In this document: positions 62,113-64,000 of the stretch, piece after piece
How positions within the stretch are numbered: the stretch's first letter is position 1
How the letters are laid out: each line of letters starts with the position of its first letter
Assembly (NCBI GenBank): GCA_030141605.1
Contig: JAQGDQ010000265.1
Span: forward strand, 248,001-312,000
Reading direction: 5' to 3'
DNA length: 64,000 bases
Source of the DNA: Tubiluchus corallicola
Taxonomy: Eukaryota > Animalia > Priapulida
The notes under the pieces: model-generated
The model's database searches: none
What the model saw: the letters and a program-made list of their open reading frames with translations, nothing else
Told to the model about the DNA's origin: nothing
Made by a program: the position numbers and the translations under genes

Positions 62113-63145
62113 TTTCTCTAAAAGTATAATATACCATTCAGAAAGTGCTCTAGAAGCCTTGAAGAAATTAAATAAAGTTCCAAAAACTTTGACACTATTT
62201 GTTCTAGATGAAAATAAATGTTTAACAGGAACACTTACTGATGGTGATATTCGCAGGGGGTTGATTAACGGTTTATCTGTGAATGATATGGTTACGGCAT
62301 TTATGTCAACTAGATTTCATAAAATAGAAAATGGCTTTTCAGTATGGGATCTTAGAAGAGTACGTGATTTAGGCATAAGGTTACTTCCTCTTCTTGATGA
62401 GCACCAGCGCATAATAAAGGTTTATGATCTGAAGAAGCGAAAAAGTATCCTTCCGCTTGAGTGTATGATTATGGCTGGAGGAAAAGGAAAACGATTACGA
62501 CCACTTACAGAAATCAAGCCAAAGCCCATGTTACCATTGGGGAATAAGCCCATTATTGAACACAATATTGATCGGTTAGTCAGGTATGGAATTGAAAAAT
62601 TTTATATATCTGTTAAATATCTGGGGCAGCAAATTGTAGATTATCTTGGAGATGGATCTTCAAAAGGAGTTTCAATTGAATATGTTTGGGAAGACAAACC
62701 TTTAGGTACTGCAGGAGCATTATCTTTGGTGACTAATTTTCAGTCTGATCACATTCTGGTAATGAATAGTGACTTATTTACTGATGTTGACTTTGAGGAT
62801 TTATACCTGAATACTTTGAATGCTTACGCCGAAATAGGAATTTCGTCAGTACCCTACACAGTAAATATTCCATATGCTATTTTTGATGGAGATGGTAATA
62901 GAGTATTGTCCTTTAAAGAAAAACCTAATAATACATACTATGCTAATGCAGGCATATATATTCTAAAAAAAGAAATAGTTAAGCGAGTTCCTTATAATGA
63001 GTTTTATAATATTACAGACTTAATTCAGGATGTATTGGATAGTGGAGGCAATGTTATACAAAATCCAATTTTTGGTTATTGGATTGATATTGGAAGACAT
63101 GAAGATTATAATAAAGCACAAGAAATCGAAAAACATATTAGATAA
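62105..63145 (+). CDS. CBS-domain nucleotidyltransferase (PtmE-like)
   Basis: GTLTDGDIRRGL CBS pair, MAGGKGKRLRPLT..KPKPML, EDKPLGTAGAL, YWIDIG. Confidence 0.88.
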   Translation: MNDFSKSIIYHSESALEALKKLNKVPKTLTLFVLDENKCLTGTLTDGDIRRGLINGLSVNDMVTAFMSTRFHKIENGFSVWDLRRVRDLGIRLLPLLDEHQRIIKVYDLKKRKSILPLECMIMAGGKGKRLRPLTEIKPKPMLPLGNKPIIEHNIDRLVRYGIEKFYISVKYLGQQIVDYLGDGSSKGVSIEYVWEDKPLGTAGALSLVTNFQSDHILVMNSDLFTDVDFEDLYLNTLNAYAEIGISSVPYTVNIPYAIFDGDGNRVLSFKEKPNNTYYANAGIYILKKEIVKRVPYNEFYNITDLIQDVLDSGGNVIQNPIFGYWIDIGRHEDYNKAQEIEKHIR

Positions 63146-63871
63146 ATGAAAATATTAATAACCGTATGCGCACGAGGGGGATCTAAAGGAATTCCTAAAA
63201 AAAACATAAAAAAAATTTTAGGGAAACCACTTTTGCATTATTCTCTTGAGCAGGCAATTGAGTTAAAAAAAAGATGGAAATATGAAGTTGAAATTATAGT
63301 ATCCACAGATTGTAATGAAATTTTAGACTGTGCGAGACAAGCGGGTATAGAGTGTCCATATATACGTCCGGATTTTTTAGCAACAGATACTATAGGAAAA
63401 GTAGATGTGTTATATGATGCACTTTTCTTCTCTGAAGACCATTTTAAGTGTGAGTTTGACTATTTGTTAGATTTGGATGTAAGCTCTCCGTTGAGGACCT
63501 TGAAAGATATTCAGGATGCTTTAGATTTAATAGAGTCTGACGCTAATGCTTTAAATTTATTTTCAGTCAGTCTCGCAAATAGAAATCCCTACTTTAATAT
63601 GGTAGAAAAAAAGAATAATGGATATTATTCATTGATTTGCAAGCCCGAAAATGATGTCCTTTCAAGACAAACCGCACCAAGTGTTTATGACTTAAATGGA
63701 TCTTTTTATATTTACCGTAAAGAATTTTTTGATTTAAGATTAAAAACAGCTGCTACAGAAAGGTCTATGATTTATGTAGTACCTCATATTTGTTTTGACT
63801 TGGATCATCCTATTGATTTTGACTTTATGACTTATCTTATAGAGAATAAGAAACTAGACTTTAAGTTATGA
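63146..63871 (+). CDS. Acylneuraminate cytidylyltransferase (NeuA/LegF/PtmB-like)
   Basis: CARGGSKGIPKKNI, VSTD, LDVSSPLR, RNPYFNMVE, SRQ.AP.VYDLNGS. Confidence 0.9.
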   Translation: MKILITVCARGGSKGIPKKNIKKILGKPLLHYSLEQAIELKKRWKYEVEIIVSTDCNEILDCARQAGIECPYIRPDFLATDTIGKVDVLYDALFFSEDHFKCEFDYLLDLDVSSPLRTLKDIQDALDLIESDANALNLFSVSLANRNPYFNMVEKKNNGYYSLICKPENDVLSRQTAPSVYDLNGSFYIYRKEFFDLRLKTAATERSMIYVVPHICFDLDHPIDFDFMTYLIENKKLDFKL

Positions 63872-63874
63872 TCA

Positions 63875-64000
63875 TGAATATTCCGGTGAAAGTGTACACC
63901 CAATCCGGAGTAAAGAGTACAATCTGATTTTAGATAGTGCTAACTGACTAAAAATATTGTATTACTGTAGCATCTTTCAAAGTGGCACTGTTTGACCGAA
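63875..64000. mobile_element. IS21-like end(s), possibly a miniature element
   Basis: TGAATATTCCGGTGAAAGTGTACACC followed by the partial repeat TCCGGAGTAAAGAGTACA; the window end GTGGCACTGTTTGACCGAA resembles the inverted counterpart. Confidence 0.55.

Overview
Bacteroidota chromosome segment, probably Bacteroidales/Marinilabiliales-like (TAnnTTTG promoters, DUF4270-glgA/panC-panD-radA synteny). About 2.3-48.3 kb is backbone: pan genes, radA, a DUF362/ferredoxin pair, three GH29 fucosidases and a sulfatase, a cobalamin riboswitch with btuFCDB, ubiA/mqnP-like, fabG and mnmE. From 48.3 kb a decayed integrative element sits at the mnmE 3' end, followed by an IS pile-up (IS3, IS256, IS1634 end, IS3) and a legionaminic-acid-type (leg/ptm/neu) cluster that includes a formyltransferase. 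Two observations stand out. (1) An IS1634-family element is flanked by very long direct repeats: 113 bp at one copy and about 1.55 kb at another, where a whole outer-membrane porin gene was duplicated and has since diverged by in-frame indels. (2) The first ~1.8 kb looks non-bacterial (no credible genes, a TA-flanked Tc1/mariner-type MITE) and joins the bacterial DNA through a mosaic of an IS256 end, an infB 3' fragment and a truncated lipoprotein 5' end; this is either an assembly chimera or a real rearrangement/host-DNA junction. Many pseudogenes and IS relics suggest ongoing genome erosion. I saw no rRNA, tRNA or CRISPR array. All family assignments come from motif recognition by eye, not database searches.
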